Source of the DNA: the human T2T-CHM13v2.0 reference genome, Homo sapiens
Strand: one strand, 5' to 3'
Length of the DNA: 64,000 nt
Assembly (NCBI RefSeq): GCF_009914755.1
Contig: NC_060934.1
Shown: positions 18,961-35,754 of the stretch, in pieces
How positions within the stretch are numbered: the first letter of the stretch is position 1
How the letters are laid out: each line of letters begins with the position of its first letter
Notes under the pieces: model-generated
Database searches by the model: none
The model's input: only the letters and a program-made list of their open reading frames with translations
What the model was told of the DNA's origin: nothing
Program-made: the position numbers and the translations under genes

Positions 18961-21546
18961 CATAGGAAGAAAAAATTTTAAGTTGAACCAGTAAAATTTG
19001 ATATCGTTGAGTATTTCCCAGATTTGGGAAAGAATCTATGACATAATATATGTAAGACCCTAAAATACCATCAAAGTATGTCCTAATTCCCAAACTAATA
19101 TTTATTGAGTACCCACAACATGGGAGGTGCCATGACTATGCCTCATTAATCTCAGAGTATTGAAAGTAATTAACTTCAAAATAGAGATAAGTTTTAATTA
19201 AAACTGCTCAACCAACTTATCCATACATTAAAGTTTCAATACACCCTATTTCAAAAGGTTCTTAATTAACCTAAACTACACATAAAAATGGGAACGAATG
19301 AATCATCATCTTTCTCCACCAAGAAGTACCATTTCTTACCTTTTACTGAAAATGAAAATTTAGCTTTAAGTATTTACTATTAAAAAAGACAGAGACCCAA
19401 AGAAGAGTCCTTTTCATCCTATTTCCTACTAGATCTCTAGTCATTTGCCATTTGTGAAAATGAAGTATTAATAAAAAACATTTAAAATTTATCTCTTTAT
19501 AGAATTTATTTTATATTAAGAGAAAATCAAAAAGTAAAACCAATTCACATTACATTCTTGATTTCACACCCATTTCTATTAGAGTACATATTGTACCATA
19601 AGCACGTGTTAGACTAGTTAGGACTGGCAGGCAGGAGATCCAAGTTCTATCTTCAGCCTTCTGCCAGCTATCTAGCTCTGTGACTAGCCAGTTACTCTCT
19701 GGGCCTCATTTTTCTCAACTACACCATGGAGTTAAATCAGATGCTCCCTGAAGATTCTGTCAGAGTTTAGAAATCCATAATCACTGTTATAATTGTTTTC
19801 CCTCCATTGAATGCTAGACTATACATACATAAATGAAATTTCCAGAAAGATAATCTCGATCCTAGATACATCAGTAAACACTGACAAAAGTTTATTTTAA
19901 AACATCACTGTCTTCAGGCCTCCTTGTCTACAACACCCCCAAGATCTTTGCAAATCTACACAATTATGCCTCATGATTTAAGTGAACTCTCTTGCATCAA
20001 AAGTTAGAAGAGAATAAATCACAAGTCTATTAGAGTATGTGGACTGATTCCAAGTATGATATAAAAACATCGAATTCTAACTTCAAGCACAACTATGTGC
20101 CAAAATAATCACTTAAATTAACCTGCAGGGAGCTTGGTTTTAATTTTCTTTTTGGCATCAATGTTAAGCTATGAAAAAATACAAATAAATATGAATAACA
20201 TGAAAAGCAATTCATAGTGTCCTGTTGCAACAAATGGACCAAGCACAAAATGGGTAAGATGATTGATACTCACACCACAAGTGTGGTGTGAGGCCACCAG
20301 CATGTAATATTGGTAACAACTGCTAACACTGGGCTCTTATAGCATGCTGAACACTGTTCTAGGAGCTTTACAAATACTACCTCGTGATTCCTTACAAAAA
20401 CTCAACAAGAGAATTATTATTTCCATATTGAAAATAAAGAAATTTAGGCATCAAAAGGTTATGTAATTTGTCTCAGGTCACACAGCCAGAAAGCGGTGGA
20501 GCTGACTGGGCCACCAACTCAAGAATGCATGCCCTTGCCCACTGCTTCTGGGCTGCTGTGGCAATCCACCCTGGTCAACTCCAAGCAGACCTTACCACAT
20601 GCCAGCCAGAGCAATGTCTTTACATTGTTTATTCAAACGATTTAAATGCATGCTGTCAAGGAGGCCAAAATAGTACAGATTTGAAAGTACTATGCATGTC
20701 CTTCTACTGAGCTCACTTTGTGAGCTCTCACATTTTGGGTACCCTGAGAGCTCAGCTTTGCTCACCAGTACCAAAAGCATTTCACTTCTTGTTTCTACCA
20801 CACAGCACTCTTCGAGGCCAACTCTTATTCTCCAATTGGTCTTGTCCTCTGGCTACTGTTTTAAATCTTGACACTCCCTCCTTTTCCACTATGGATGTTA
20901 CTAATGGCTCAATCTTTGGTCCTCTCACCTGCTTTAAATACACTCTCTCTTCAAGAATGCAGCCACCATCTCTAGAATGGTAACTCCCAAATCTAGATCC
21001 AGATCCAGAGCCTGCAGCCAATACGGATTAAATAACAAAAGCACACAAGGGCTTCAATCCTGGTTTGCATCCTGGCACTACCACTTGCTATCTGTATGAC
21101 TCTAGGCTAATTTACCTCTCGATGCCTCAGTTGTTGCCCCTATACAGACAAAAAAGAAAACTTACCTAAATAGGTTGTTGTGTGCTAATACAGGTAAAGA
21201 ATATATTTAGTACAATTCCTAGAACATAGTATGCACTCAATATGTTCTCAACTAATAATAACAATAGTAATGAACATATATTGGTTTTTAAGAAGATGGA
21301 GCCAAGTTTGAATGTTGGTTCTGACACTTGCTAGCTGCTCTCTTGGGACAGGTTTATTGGCTGTCTATAAACCTTGGTTTCTCATTCTTAAAAGAAGGGC
21401 AATAAATGGAAGGGTAACTGTGCAAACCATAAGAGAAAATGCAGTGACTGTTAAACCTGGCTGATCCCAGCTCACAGATAGTTAAAAAAATTCCTAAAGC
21501 CATTTTCCAAGTCCACTAACTCAGCAGTATCTCTGAGGTGCTGACA

Positions 21547-21769
21547 CAGGTTGAGTATCCCTCATCTGAAATGTTTGGGACCAGATTGGTTTTGGATTTC
21601 ATTGTTTTTTTGGTAATATTTGCAATATCAGTTGAGCATCTCAAATCTGAAAATCTGAAATTGAAATGCTCCAAAGAGCATTACCTTTGAGCATCATGCG
21701 CTCAAAAACTTTTGGTAAATTTTGGAGCATTTTGAATTTTGGATTTTCAGATGTGGGATACTCAACCTG
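21547..21769. mobile_element. Tigger4a/MER46-type Tc1-mariner MITE
   Basis: Terminal inverted repeats CAGGTTGAGTATCCC ... GGGATACTCAACCTG followed by TA. Confidence 0.88.
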
Positions 21770-22339
21770 TAAGAAATAGATACTTGCTCCAGACACCTTT
21801 GAATGCACATTATCATGCCAGACCCCATTCTCAGCACTGGGGCCACAAAAAAGGATAATACAGAAATGTTAAGAAAGTAATCTTCCTGAGCAAGGCTGAG
21901 AGAGACCAAGAGAGTGTGATCTGTTCTGGCAGAAGAAAGCAAAGTGAGGAGGAGCCTGTGGTAGACAAACGAGGTGACCTGATCCAATGCTCTATACTCC
22001 TACCTTCCATTTTTGGTTGGAAGTCACCCTTTCCCCAACTCCCTAACCACACTTCCTATAAAACTCAGTCAAAGGGCTAGTCTAGGCCAATCACAGCATG
22101 GTAGAAAATGACATATCAGCACTGTCTAAATTCTTTTTCTAGAGAAATGGTCTTTCTGGAGTTTAACTATCTTGATTCCAAAATTACAAAATAACTAGTG
22201 AAGACATTATTTAAGTTTGATATAAATGGACATAAGGTCTGAAAGAAATTTATAAAAAGTTTCTATATCTCAGAAACATTTCACTTAATATACATATGTC
22301 ATGGAAATAAATTAGAAATCCTTTAAATCTCATTAGTGG

Positions 22340-22746
22340 ATGTGTCTTGTGTTTCTTGATCCCTGGCTATGACAATTTGGTCCAAGGGATGAGAAGTAAT
22401 CCCAATTGGTCAAATTAGAGTATTTTTGTGGCATTTTAAAACTAAGGAGTCCTCCTTTCTTCTTGGGTCACTCAACTGCAGGGTTGCAAGACTGGAACTA
22501 TTTGGTCCTGGTTCCTGTCAGGCAGAGATAATCTGATGGAGACAGATGAAAATGAGGCCATTATATTGAAAGAAGCAGGCAGGAGAGGAACCAACACAAA
22601 CAGAGGGAGAGCCTGATTCTAGGATCAACTCATACCTGAGGCCAACTCTACCCTGCTTTTCTCAGCCACGTCAAGCAACAGTCCCCTTTTAGGTGGAAGG
22701 TATAAGCTACATTAGTGTCTCTTTCAACCAAAAGAATCCTAATACA
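22340..22746 (+). mobile_element. MLT1-type MaLR LTR, degenerate
   Basis: 3' end ...caaccaaaagaatcctaataca typical of MLT1. Confidence 0.55.
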
Positions 22747-23073
22747 GAACTTTTCTGGTGGAAGGGAAGGAGGGTCTTTCTGGAGTAGTTACCACTGGAG
22801 TAGAATCTTACAAGGGACCGAAGTAATTAGCCAGGTACAGACAGACAGTTACAGAAAAATGGGCAAAGCCCAAGATTAATTAAAGGCACACAGAAGCTAC
22901 TGAATATATTTGTTAAATAGAAATTCATTGAGCATATTTTATTTGCAAGTCACTTTTAGGTACTGAAGGTAGGGAATGGGGATAGAAAAGAAAATGCAAA
23001 AAATGCAACAAGACACATTTTAATGATAGTAAACTGGCAATGGCATACTTGTTTACAGGTCAGGTAACATATA

Positions 23074-23275
23074 CGGGGAAGTCCAAGGGAGAGAATACAG
23101 TCACGGGTTCTTAGTTTCTGTTCCTGATTGGGCCAGTAAAGCCCTTCCTCATCCCTCTTTTCCGCTTACCACTAGGGAGAGAAACTAAATACCACAGCTT
23201 CAGGCTGCTAAGCACCTAAAACAAAACAAAACAGAACAAAAACAACAACAAAATAAGGCAAGTTGGAAGAACTTG
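23074..23275 (-). mobile_element. MER107-like hAT DNA transposon
   Basis: Recognised core gggttcttagtttctg...cctcatccctcttttccgctt...cttcaggctgctaa. Confidence 0.65.
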
Positions 23276-23738
23276 TAAGTAAACAGCAAAGGAAATGCTA
23301 GGAGAAATTTACAAAAGCACAACAGAAGAAGGAACATTAAAGTAGCACTCAATTCCTTCACAAAATAAGCAAGTAAAGTCACAAGGACAGAGTCTGACCT
23401 AAAAGGTATGGAATCTTACAGCAAAAGAGTAAGTCTTATTTATACCTTTCAGAGACACCTTTTCAAGTGCCAACATGTCTGCAATAATTGACTATGTTAG
23501 GCCATGAAGAGAAGTTCAAGAAACACCAAAAAGTAGAAATAGTATTATCTACATTCTTTGATTACAATGTAATAAAATTAGACATGAGATAAAAGCAAAA
23601 TTTTTAACAAACTAACCAGTGAGATAATTTTAAGTTATCTCCTAAAATTCTCACGGGTGCCTAGGGTCTGGTGGTACATTTGAGGCAGAAGCCCCCCACG
23701 CAAAAATCTCTGCTGAGACGAGATGTAGAAAGCTTAAA

Positions 23739-23772
<34 letters not shown>

Positions 23773-24335
23773 CCTTCTACCCCAACCATGAGAAAAGCCC
23801 AAATGTTGTAATCTACAAAATTATGACTTTTTCTGAGTTTATAAGAGAGCTGAGTTTTTGAGGCAACCAAAGGGTGACAAGCCCCTCTGAGAAGATAAAA
23901 CACATGAACTGTTTTATGTTTGAAAGTAACAGGAGAAAGAGGTGGTCACCACACAAATGGGTAGGAATAAATCAGCTAAAACTTCAATGAAATGTTAAAA
24001 GCCAAGTATGAACTAGGGGGTCACTTTGGAACAGTTAGGAGCACCAGAAATAAGTAGAGCTTGCACTGGCTCGAAAGCTTTCACATGAGTTCCACAAGGT
24101 GCTCAGAAAAATGCAGGTCAGGTAGGAGACCACAGGGAGCCCCTTTGGTGGCACAGGCATGCAGGAGGCCACTGGCTGCTGCTGGAGCCAGGCCCAAAGC
24201 CCCTCCATCTCCCCCTAGTCCCTTCTCTCCTAGCCTGTGGCTCTTAGGGCCACTGGCTGCCTGAGGAAGAATGTTGTTAGTAAACTGTCTATTGAATGAA
24301 CTAATATATTAAAAATGTTCTCTTAATAGTTGTCA

Positions 24336-25320
<985 letters not shown>

Positions 25321-27059
25321 AGTATCACCCACTAGAGAACAACCATAGTTAATCCTGGCACGTAAACAGATGAACATAGAGAACTGCAAATTTGTGTGTG
25401 ATATTTTATATTCACAATTTAATTTTAAAATGGTTTATATGGCATACATTGGGTATTTCTCCCATTTGTCAATATTCCAAAACCATCTTTCCCTGTCAGC
25501 AGACACATTTCTATAATGGTTTTTAAAGGAAGCATAATATTTTATTGCATAAATGTACCATAATTTCTTTTTTTTTTAGCATCATAGTTTAGTAACCAAT
25601 TCCCCATTGAAGGACTTTATGACTCATTCTAAATTTTTAATGAATATTTATGCTAATGAAGGGGAGGGAAATGTCAGTTACTCCAAAATTTAAATCTCAA
25701 TAGTTGAGGAAATGAATTATATAATGGAAATCTTAGACTACTATGCTTGATAGTCACCAGAGCAAGCACAGCTGCAGTCTGAAAGGCTTTTAAGCCAGAA
25801 AAAAAGAAAAAAGGAAAAGAAGTGAACACATTTATAAAGCTTTCCAAACTGTCTATCACAAATGACCACGGCTTACAGCAGACCTAGCTTCTGGATTGAT
25901 GACTTGAATCTAGTCATTCATTTTACTTAAGAGAAAGACAGGAAAAAAGTATCTGTCGTAAGATCAATAAGCCCAGAGTGAAAAATAGGTTTCCTCAAAC
26001 ACCGAAAATAGCACCATGCAGTTTTTGTCTTTGAATTTGAAGAAAATGTAGGTGAAAGTCTTTAGCATAAAGGGACAGGAAACATCTTTATAAGCACACC
26101 ACAAAAATGTGAACACATAAAAGCTAACTCAGTAACTTCAGCCTGATCGGTTGAAATAAATGAAGAAGCAGAAAAATGTTTATAACATGTAACAGTTAAA
26201 CAATTAATATTTTTTAATATACAAAGAGTTATTACTAGCCAGTGATAAAATCAAACTACTCCCAAAGAGATGAATGGGCAGAAGGCATGAAAAAGCAATT
26301 CACAAAACAAACAAATGGCCAATAAACACGAAAACTGTTGAACCTTAGAGAAATGAAAAATAGTAACAAAGTCCTGTCTTGGTGATGCTGTTCATGTGAG
26401 GAAGACAATGTGAATTGATATCACCTTTCAGAGTGAAATCTACAAGGATCAAAATGAAGTATACGTATTCTTTGAGTCATTAATCTCACCTCTAGGAATT
26501 TACCTTAAGAAGATAATTACACATAATATATATAATTGTACTACACACTGTAGTACTCCTTATAATATAATGAAAACAAACTCTGAATGGAGAATCTGTG
26601 AAATAAATTATGGTACATATGTGCATACAACAGAATACTGTGTAGCCACTAACAAATGCTGAGTACTCAGTAGATCTACATTTGTTAGATGGATAGTTGA
26701 AAACTATCCATGAGACTGCAGACTTTCTAAAAGGAGGAGGCTGGAGAATAGAATAGAGGGTGTCACTTCATCAAGTTACATACATTGCTACTGAGATGAC
26801 CTGAAGAATGGTCACCAAATGCTGACAGTGAATTCTAGTGATTTTTATATACTTCATGGTATTTTTCTAGATTAAAAAAAAATAATAAATGTGTCATTTT
26901 TATAAAAATATTAAGAAGCATTTTACTGATGAGGGGAAAGGCAGTTACATTATGACAGACTCAAGTATTCTCAAAGAGATGAATTTTATCTAAATATAGT
27001 TCAGCTATTAAGGCCAGCTGGCTGTTTTATGTCTGCTTTATTGCTTGTTACTTTGTAAC

Positions 27060-27686
27060 TGTGGTATAAAAAAGAATTTTTCTGGTGTGCCATCTTGGGT
27101 TCCTGGTAAAAGCTTCAAACACCCTTGGAATTTCCTGAGTGCTGGTGCCTTTGTTCTGCTAATGAGGCGATTCAGATTGCACATCCGGGAGTCAGGGGAG
27201 GGCAGAGACCGAGCTCAATCATGTGGCCAATGATTTAATCAATCATGCCTACAGAATGAGACTTCAATGAAATCTTTGGTCACCAAAGGTCAGTGCAGCC
27301 TCCTGACTGGTGTACACGCTGATGTGCCAGGAGAGTGGGGTGCCCTGACACTAAGGGGAAGGGTTGTAGAAGCTCTGCTTTCCCTTCTAGGCTTCGCTTT
27401 ATGTGTCTCCTTTATAATAAAACTGCAGTGGTAAGGACAGGACTTTTTTCTGAGTTCTGTGAGTCATTCTAGTAAATTATGGAACCTGAGGTGGGGACAT
27501 GGGAACCTCCTACAATAGTAACCAGCTGGACAGAAATGTGCGTGGCCTGGGGATTCCCCTGAAACTTGTGGATGGAGTCTGAAGTGGGGGCAGTCTTGTG
27601 GACTCTGTTCTTAATAGGCGAGATCTGCGATTACTCCAGGTAGTCAGTGTCAGATTTGCAATGCAGTACACCCAGGTGGTGTCAGA
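27060..27686 (+). mobile_element. MER21-type LTR
   Basis: cccttggaatttcctgagt, gatttaatcaatcatgccta, ctgagttctgtgagtcattctag, ggtgtcaga. Confidence 0.75.
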
Positions 27687-28438
27687 CCAGTTGGGATGAA
27701 ATGGAAAAGTAATCATCCTAAGTAATGATATAGTATTATTTTCTATAACTGATACTTTGAAAAAATGTCAATGTAGTAAATGGCCAATAGCTTTGTTGAT
27801 CGGATTTTGTGAATTTCCTACCACAAACAATAACACGTAAGAAATGTTTCTGCTTCTTGGACATCCAGATGCCTCCTATCTGTGCCATTCATGCAGCTCT
27901 CCCAGGCTGTGCTCCCACAGCCCCATGGGCCTCCACTACAGCACTCATTCCCATGTACTGCATCGGTCTCATACTGCCTCTCTCTCATACACTGGACTGT
28001 GAATTCCAAAGCAGGCATCACATCTTCTCCATCTTTGTATCTCAGAGCCGACCACTGTGCCTAGAAAGTGGCAGAGGTGCTATTAAATTTGGTGGATGAA
28101 TGAGTCTGTGAAATAACTGTCCATAAAAATCACTCCAGTGGAGGAAAGTGAAAACTCAGGTTTGAAACTTCGCAGTCATTATATGCTCTTCTCCTCCTGC
28201 CAATCTTTCAATACTCAACAAAATACTGTGTCTGGGGGATCAAAGTGATAAGCGACCTCTGAAGGAAAATGGTAAATGAAATAAGAATTCCTTCAAACAT
28301 AATAGGAAAAAAGAAAATAGTGTTAAATATTCCTTTTCCTTTTCTCTTAGATTTTTGTGGTCTCATGACAGGACATGAGAAATCTGGTTTGAAGGACTAA
28401 CTTTTTTTGTGTGGGCAGAATGCTTTTATCCTTTTCTA

Positions 28439-28591
<153 letters not shown>

Positions 28592-30271
28592 CTAGACACT
28601 AACAGTGTTTCTGACTGATGTACTAGGATCAGTGTCCATTATCAAGCTTATGTTCAATTTCTCATTTTTTTTTTCCATAGGGGCCAAAATAGAGGGAAAA
28701 ACAAAGAGGGAGAAAGGGAGAGAAAAACCTGGGATTATGCAAGGAAGAGACTAAGAAATGATAAATTCTAATATTTATTTGTTTGAATGCTAAGCACATA
28801 AAATCCCTTAAACTAATACAGGTCCCAATTTATTTTTCCACTTCAAACAAACAGAAATGAAAATAGCAGATATTTCAAGAACTAATAGGATCCCAATTAT
28901 AAACTACTAGGAAAAACTACCAGGAAAGGGACTTGTTAGAACAGTTTTCTTTTTCTTTGAAGGCTTTAATCACTATTTTTTTCATCAGGCAAAGGGTCAC
29001 TATTATGCCTCCTCAGCATTCTCTCTCTCAGTTATGGAGATTAGATTAATAAATGTGCTTCCTGCTACTGACATACTTAACAAAGAGCAAGCAACTATCT
29101 ATAGAAGGGATTCCTATACCTGGTTATGAAATAACCTTTAAGATGCCTTTTGGCTCTAAGATTCTCTAGTTTCACAGCTCTGTTTTAAGCTAGAATATTT
29201 AAAAACTTGCCAGTAATGTGAGAAAAGTACAATATATTCTGAAGATGCTGGCTAAGTATTAATTAAATGAACAGCTCATTTTCTATATGAGAAGACCATT
29301 GTGTAAGATCCCAGAGTTCCTGATTTCCACCTCTTTGCTGTCAGCTAGTTGGTCTTTCTGCCTTCTTTCTAAATTCTTATTTTCTGAAGTGATCAGACTG
29401 TAACAGGCTTAATACAGCAGCAAAGCAAAACTCCCCTGGGTTCTCAAGTTCCAAACGAAGCCTAAAATATAGCTTACATATAATAGCAAATACAATTAAA
29501 AGAATGATCTTGACAAATGTTCCCAGAGAAAAACCAAGGATAAAGAAAGATGCTTCTATGAAACCCACACATAGAAATATATTAAATTGTTCTTTGAAGT
29601 TTCCACAAAGGTATAAAAATTTATTTTACAGACTGTCTCGATGGATTAACAAGGCTATTCCTTCCATACCCTCCTAGACTGTAAATCCTGACAGATATTA
29701 ATTATAAGTTGGTACCAGATCATTATTCAACACTGTGGTATAGAGCTTACACAAGCGCTCACAAATTACCTGCATAGTCAGATGCATGGAGCTTCTGAAA
29801 ATCTCTTTCAGGTCAAAAAAATCTGAGAGCTCCATTTGTTTTGAATAGGCTCTTGAAAGATAGTCTGTGTCATTAACGAACAAGGGAAAAAACAAACCCT
29901 CTGGAAGAATAAACATAACTTTGCCGCTTTGTTTCATGTCAGAATTTTCTAACATGCCTAGAGAGAAGAAGGCTTCCTCAGATTCCTAGTTCATTTCTCT
30001 GTTTTATACTATCAGGATGGTTTTAGTTTCTTTCTTACTGCTGTCTCTAAATAACTGGGTTAACTTTACTTCAATGTGCAAAAATAGCTTAGTGAAACTA
30101 AGGCCTAATGATTGAGAATTTGAAACATTTAAATTATTAGAAGCAAAATCTAGTACAAAATATTATCCAATTTTCCTGGAAAATTATCTATCTTGAAAAA
30201 TGGCCATAAAAACAAACCATGAAACTGAAAATAAACCTCATTCAGTGTTTAGATCAAATCTTTAAAAGTTC

Positions 30272-30591
<320 letters not shown>

Positions 30592-31456
30592 TTAAGAAGC
30601 AAGCATTTGTAAGGTCAGAAATAAGACAGCAGTAGTATGCTGCCCTGAGCCCTCTTTGGAAAGTCAGCCCAGGCTTCTCCCTTCTCTAGGAAGAAGGATG
30701 CCTTAAGTGCTGGAGACCAGGGCAGAGCCTTGAATCAGGGGACCTTTCCTTTTATGAGTAGGAATTGAACTCCCTTGGTAAAGAAACAAAGATGAGATAA
30801 GGATAGAGACCTTAAAAGAGTTGCCAAGTTCTCACTCCACAGCGAAAGGCATTAGGAGTTCTCAAGAGCTCTATATTGGCAAATGCGTTTGTTTTTCCCC
30901 CACCCAGAGCAAGAGTACTTGAGAAGACTCATCAGAAAGCTGCGAGAATAAAAGAAAGCCAGCTTGAACTCTAGCCATACCCTGCCCTGACAGTCTGCAA
31001 TGACAGAGCAATTTATTTTTACTAATCAACAACTCAGAAGGGGGAAAAGAAAAAGGAAGCACTGAGACCTCAGGATAGTAAGCAGAAGATACCAATGAAC
31101 AACCCTCTCTTGGAATGAGTTTTGATGGGAAGGGAAGAAGACAGCGAACATAAAGGTAATTTGGGAGTCCTGAAGGTTGCAAAGGGGTGTATTGAGAAGA
31201 AAGATGAAAATATTAGTACCTAGAGTTAAAAACTAGAGACCAACCAGGACATGGTAATGATAAAGATGTAGGAAAGAAGGAAAGAAAACGGAAAAGAGAC
31301 CAAACAAAACTGGTATAAAGTCTACAGGCCCAAAATGAGGCCCAGGAAAGAAATGGTATCCAGGGGAATAGTCTGGCACAAACTGATGTATAAGATTTTA
31401 CACTTAAGTAAGATCTTTGGCTTCAATATCAATTTTAGAAGGCCCAAGCAGATAGA

Positions 31457-31768
31457 CAGTTACGTGCCGCATAGTGATGTTGCAGTCAACAACGAAGCAC
31501 AAACGTGACGATGGTCCCATAAGATTATTATACCATTATTTTCATAGCACCTGCCCTATGTTTAAGACACAAATACCTACCGTTGCGTCACAGCTGCCTA
31601 TAGTATTCAGTATAGTAACACACTCGACTGGTTTGTAGTCTAGGAGCAATAGGCCATACCATCTAGCCTAGGTGAGTAGCAGGCTATACCACTTAGGTTG
31701 TGTAAAGTGACATGTGCACAGTGACTACTTCACAGAACATATCTCCATCTTTAAGTGATGCATGATTT
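31457..31768. mobile_element. Tigger3a-type DNA transposon
   Basis: ggtcccataagattat, gtattcagtatagtaaca, degenerate cagt(c)a(t)g...catga(c)t(g) termini. Confidence 0.78.
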
Positions 31769-31893
31769 TACTTAAAAGATGTCTTTCATTATCATGTAAA
31801 TACATTATTCTATTTGCTGGAATAATTTAATAATTATTGTTCCTAAAGTTACTCATTTATATGAAATCAATCTACTATACTTCTTTAACTTAA

Positions 31894-32097
<204 letters not shown>

Positions 32098-33046
32098 TAA
32101 AATAATTATAACATTAATACATTGTTTTTGCTATTCTAAAATGCAATATATAAAATGAAAGAAGTATGCAGATCTTAGTTTCCTGATGTATAAAATCCAA
32201 GATTGGGTTATGTATTTAATTGTTATTCTGATTCTATATATTGGGAAACTTAAGGGAAAACCCACTACAAATGATACATTTTGAACATTCTCGAAAAGTA
32301 AAGTGACACATATTTTATGAAAAGACTGTAAGTGCTCAGATGCTGAACTTCTTAGGAATATCAGCAGCAAATACTGACTGGTTTTGTTTTCAGGCTTTGG
32401 TTTAATAACAGTCCTATTCCAAATACGGTGGTGAATAATAACAAAAACATCAATAAACAGATCAATTTTTAAAAAGGTAAATAGGGATGATTTGTATCTC
32501 TCCACCTTGTTCAATCTCAGATTCAGAAAGCTCCACAAAACATATTCATTACTTAATCCTACCTAAAATCCTACCTAACATGGCAAATACAACTTTTCAC
32601 AAGTGATTTGTTTCTTCTCTTGCAGTGCTATTTGCCACTTTTACAAGCTGAAGTCATAAATCTTTCTAACCCTAAAATAATTCTCCTTTAGAATGATACC
32701 CAGCTGATCTCTCACAGGATTAAACATTGCTTCACAGTATGAGTTAGATAGAAGGAGACTGGTCCCCCCCTTTAAAAACCAACTCTACTTGCAGGTCACG
32801 ATGTGGGTCCAATAAGACCGGTGGAGCCTGGATGGAGCAGACCTTTTCCAGAGGCCTGGAAAGCACTTTGTAGGATTGGCTTTTCAATTATTAACTGGTG
32901 AGTAATGCTTAAAAGTAGCAAACAGGTCCCCAGAGGTCAGAGATCCATACTGAATTCTGACGGTGAAAACTGGTTTTACTTTTTCGCGTAGAAAAATGTG
33001 GGTTTTTTTTTTTTCTTTTCCTCCTTTCTCTCTGGCATGCATATAT

Positions 33047-33067
33047 ACACACACACACACACACACA
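33047..33067. repeat. (CA)n microsatellite
   Basis: Direct reading. Confidence 0.9.
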
Positions 33068-33797
33068 AGCAGAATTGTGCAAGTCATCTCTAAAGTGATT
33101 TAACACAGACTTCTGCTCTAAAAGTTTGTAAAACATGAGATATAAAATATTAAACATTGTCTCCAAGTTGTGCTGTCAGTTTATGTGAGACTCCTGCTGC
33201 TCATAACCAAAATTCTTAAGTCAATTTTAATAGGTAAATGTAACTAGTAAGGGACAAATGCTTTAATCTAGAAGGCCTAAAGTTGTTTGGATTAGTTTCT
33301 GATTAAGTTGCCAATGACATTTAACAAAATCATTTACTGCTTTTTCCTTTTTCAGTGAAAGAATTAAAAAACTAATTCCTTGTTAAAATAACACATTTTT
33401 TGGAATATATCAGTGAATAAAAGAACACATATTTATCAGATGCCTTCCCATGTGCCAGGCCCTGAACTAGGTGCTTTCTCAAAGTTAGTCCATGTGTTGA
33501 TAGGCTCTATTACACTCGAGGTATTTCCTTGTCTCACAGGTGGGGAACCCTCAAATTTCCTTGAAAAACTATATCAAACAGAAAAGCCATATTGAGAAAA
33601 GCATTTAACAGGTACCTTGCTCACAGCAGAAGTTTATGATCACAAAAGAAGAGTGATTCAGGCATAAGCATGTAGGAGACTATTCTAAAAGCAGAAATAT
33701 TCTCAATGATTTAAGTTTGAACCACAAAAAGTCTAGAAGGTGAGGCCTAGTTATAGTAGTCTCTATGTGCAGGATTTACATTTTTAAAAAATGATTT

Positions 33798-34107
<310 letters not shown>

Positions 34108-34699
34108 GATTTGAAGTCAGGGGAGCCTGAATTTGAGCCCTGGTTTGGTCAGTGGCCAGCTATGTGACCTGGCCTGCGACAAATTACTCAACTTCCTAAG
34201 AAGTGAACTCACTGTCTCTAAATGAGAGACAAGAAAAATAGTTATGCCTCCCTGAGTGGTTAGGACTAAATCAGACACTGCATTTAAAGCACTAAGTAGA
34301 ATGCCTCATAGAGAGTAAACAATCATTTAATGGCAAGAATTACTTTTACTATTGTTATCTGTATAATTTGAAAAAAAAACTCCACCTGCATTTGACTGAA
34401 AAGAATCTTTTATGAATTATAAATTAGACTTTATTGCATATTGACATGAATAATTGCAGGTTGAAAATGAATGTAGAACTGCATCACTATACATTAAAAA
34501 TTAACCCATCTGCTTCACATGGCTTCATCTGTCCCAAACTTGATTTGACACTCAACTTACTAGGCTTTATTGAGCACTTGAAGAATATTTAGGAAATATA
34601 TAACATTTTGTGACATATTGAGTGACTTAAGATAATGTACTTATGTAACTTCTAAAATATTTACCTCAAAAACCTAAATTAACATTGTCTAAGAAGTTA

Positions 34700-35008
<309 letters not shown>

Positions 35009-35754
35009 TTATCAGTCAAGTCATTTAACAAAATATTTTTGAGACACTTCCATAAGGCAGTGTGACTGACTGCCGCCAACTCCTAATGAAATAAAACTCC
35101 TGTTGCCAGGTTACTTGAAGACTCATTCTTTGTATAAAACGCCCCTCATTAAGACTCTATATTCTATAAATAAATGTTCTTCCATGTTGCCAATATTTAC
35201 AACTAACTTAACCTATTCACATATATCTTTTAAATTTCTGGTGTCTTTGAGGATGGGCAAACTGAAGGTTGGTGATACACAAGTAAGTGCAGAGAGAATC
35301 AACTGGACCTGGCAATTTTAAAAAAGACTTATGCCCAAAGTTACCTTCTTAAAAGATCATAATTGAGGATAACTTCTAAAAGTGAATGATCTAGTTCTCA
35401 TAGAAAAGTATATGTGGGAGTATACAGTTCATTCATAAAATAGTGAAGCTTTCAGTTTGTATTCATGTATTAACTGTGGCTAAACACATTTTGGTTCTAC
35501 TTTCCTTTTCCATATTTCTCTCCAACAACCTACTGCTTACATAAATGTCCTCTTGACCGTGTGACAAATTCACATATACGTGTTTAGGTAAGTAGCACCT
35601 CATGAAAATTTAAAGACAAGTCTTATTCTACTCGATATGCTCTATCCTAAAAACATCATGGTACTGGGGACAATTGCTTTAAGGCAAGAGTTTGGAACAG
35701 TGAAAATAGGCTTACATTTAAAATGTATCCAATTACTAGTAAAAGATACTTTTC

